Position numbers and translations under genes: made by a program. 24,186 nt of DNA. It comes from a virus. Lineage: Duplodnaviria; Caudoviricetes. Below the pieces are notes generated by a model. That model worked only from the letters and a program-made list of their open reading frames with translations. It was not told where the DNA came from and made no database searches. Shown piece after piece: positions 24,144 to 24,186 of the stretch (positions are counted from its first letter, which is position 1; every line of letters begins with the position of its first letter). The stretch spans positions 1-24,186 of IMG/VR virus record IMGVR_UViG_3300025396_000073. One strand, given 5' to 3'.

Positions 24144-24186
24144 TATGAAATTCCATTTCCACTAATTATCCATGATGTTGGTGTTA
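24143..24186 (-). CDS. C-terminal fragment of an upstream gene (possibly a tail-fibre protein)
   Basis: Reads ...TPTSWIISGNGIS-stop. Its TAA overlaps the next ATG (TAATG coupling). Confidence 0.6.
   Translation of the reverse strand, partial: TPTSWIISGNGIS

Noticed and set aside
1-24186. Alternative genetic code (stop codon reassignment)
   Set aside because: Genes tile densely under code 11, and TAA, TAG and TGA all occur at plausible gene ends.
1-24186. tRNA, rRNA, integrase or IS elements
   Set aside because: Intergenic gaps are at most about 120 nt and explained by promoters and terminators. No such sequences were recognised.

Overview
A 24-kb, AT-rich fragment of a tailed dsDNA phage (siphovirus-type) virion module, with every credible gene on the minus strand. 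In transcription order (right to left): a cluster of glycine-rich putative fibre/adhesin genes (one divergent plus four paralogues) with two small partner genes, a LamG-like protein, a hypothetical gene, portal, CHAP endolysin and putative holin, prohead protease with a nested scaffold, major capsid protein, head-tail joining genes, major tail protein, a -1 frameshifted tail assembly chaperone pair, and a tape measure protein (TMP) of at least 1796 aa. The TMP runs off the left edge and is missing from the supplied ORF track. From recall, not a search, the gene order and motifs resemble large actinobacteriophages (Streptomyces BE/BK-like and freshwater relatives). The main novelty is a complete HAD phosphatase domain of the T4 PNKP/PseT 3'-phosphatase type inserted in frame in the TMP. 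It lies in a hydrophilic cargo segment bounded by conserved TMP motifs, which suggests an enzyme delivered into the host with the virion.
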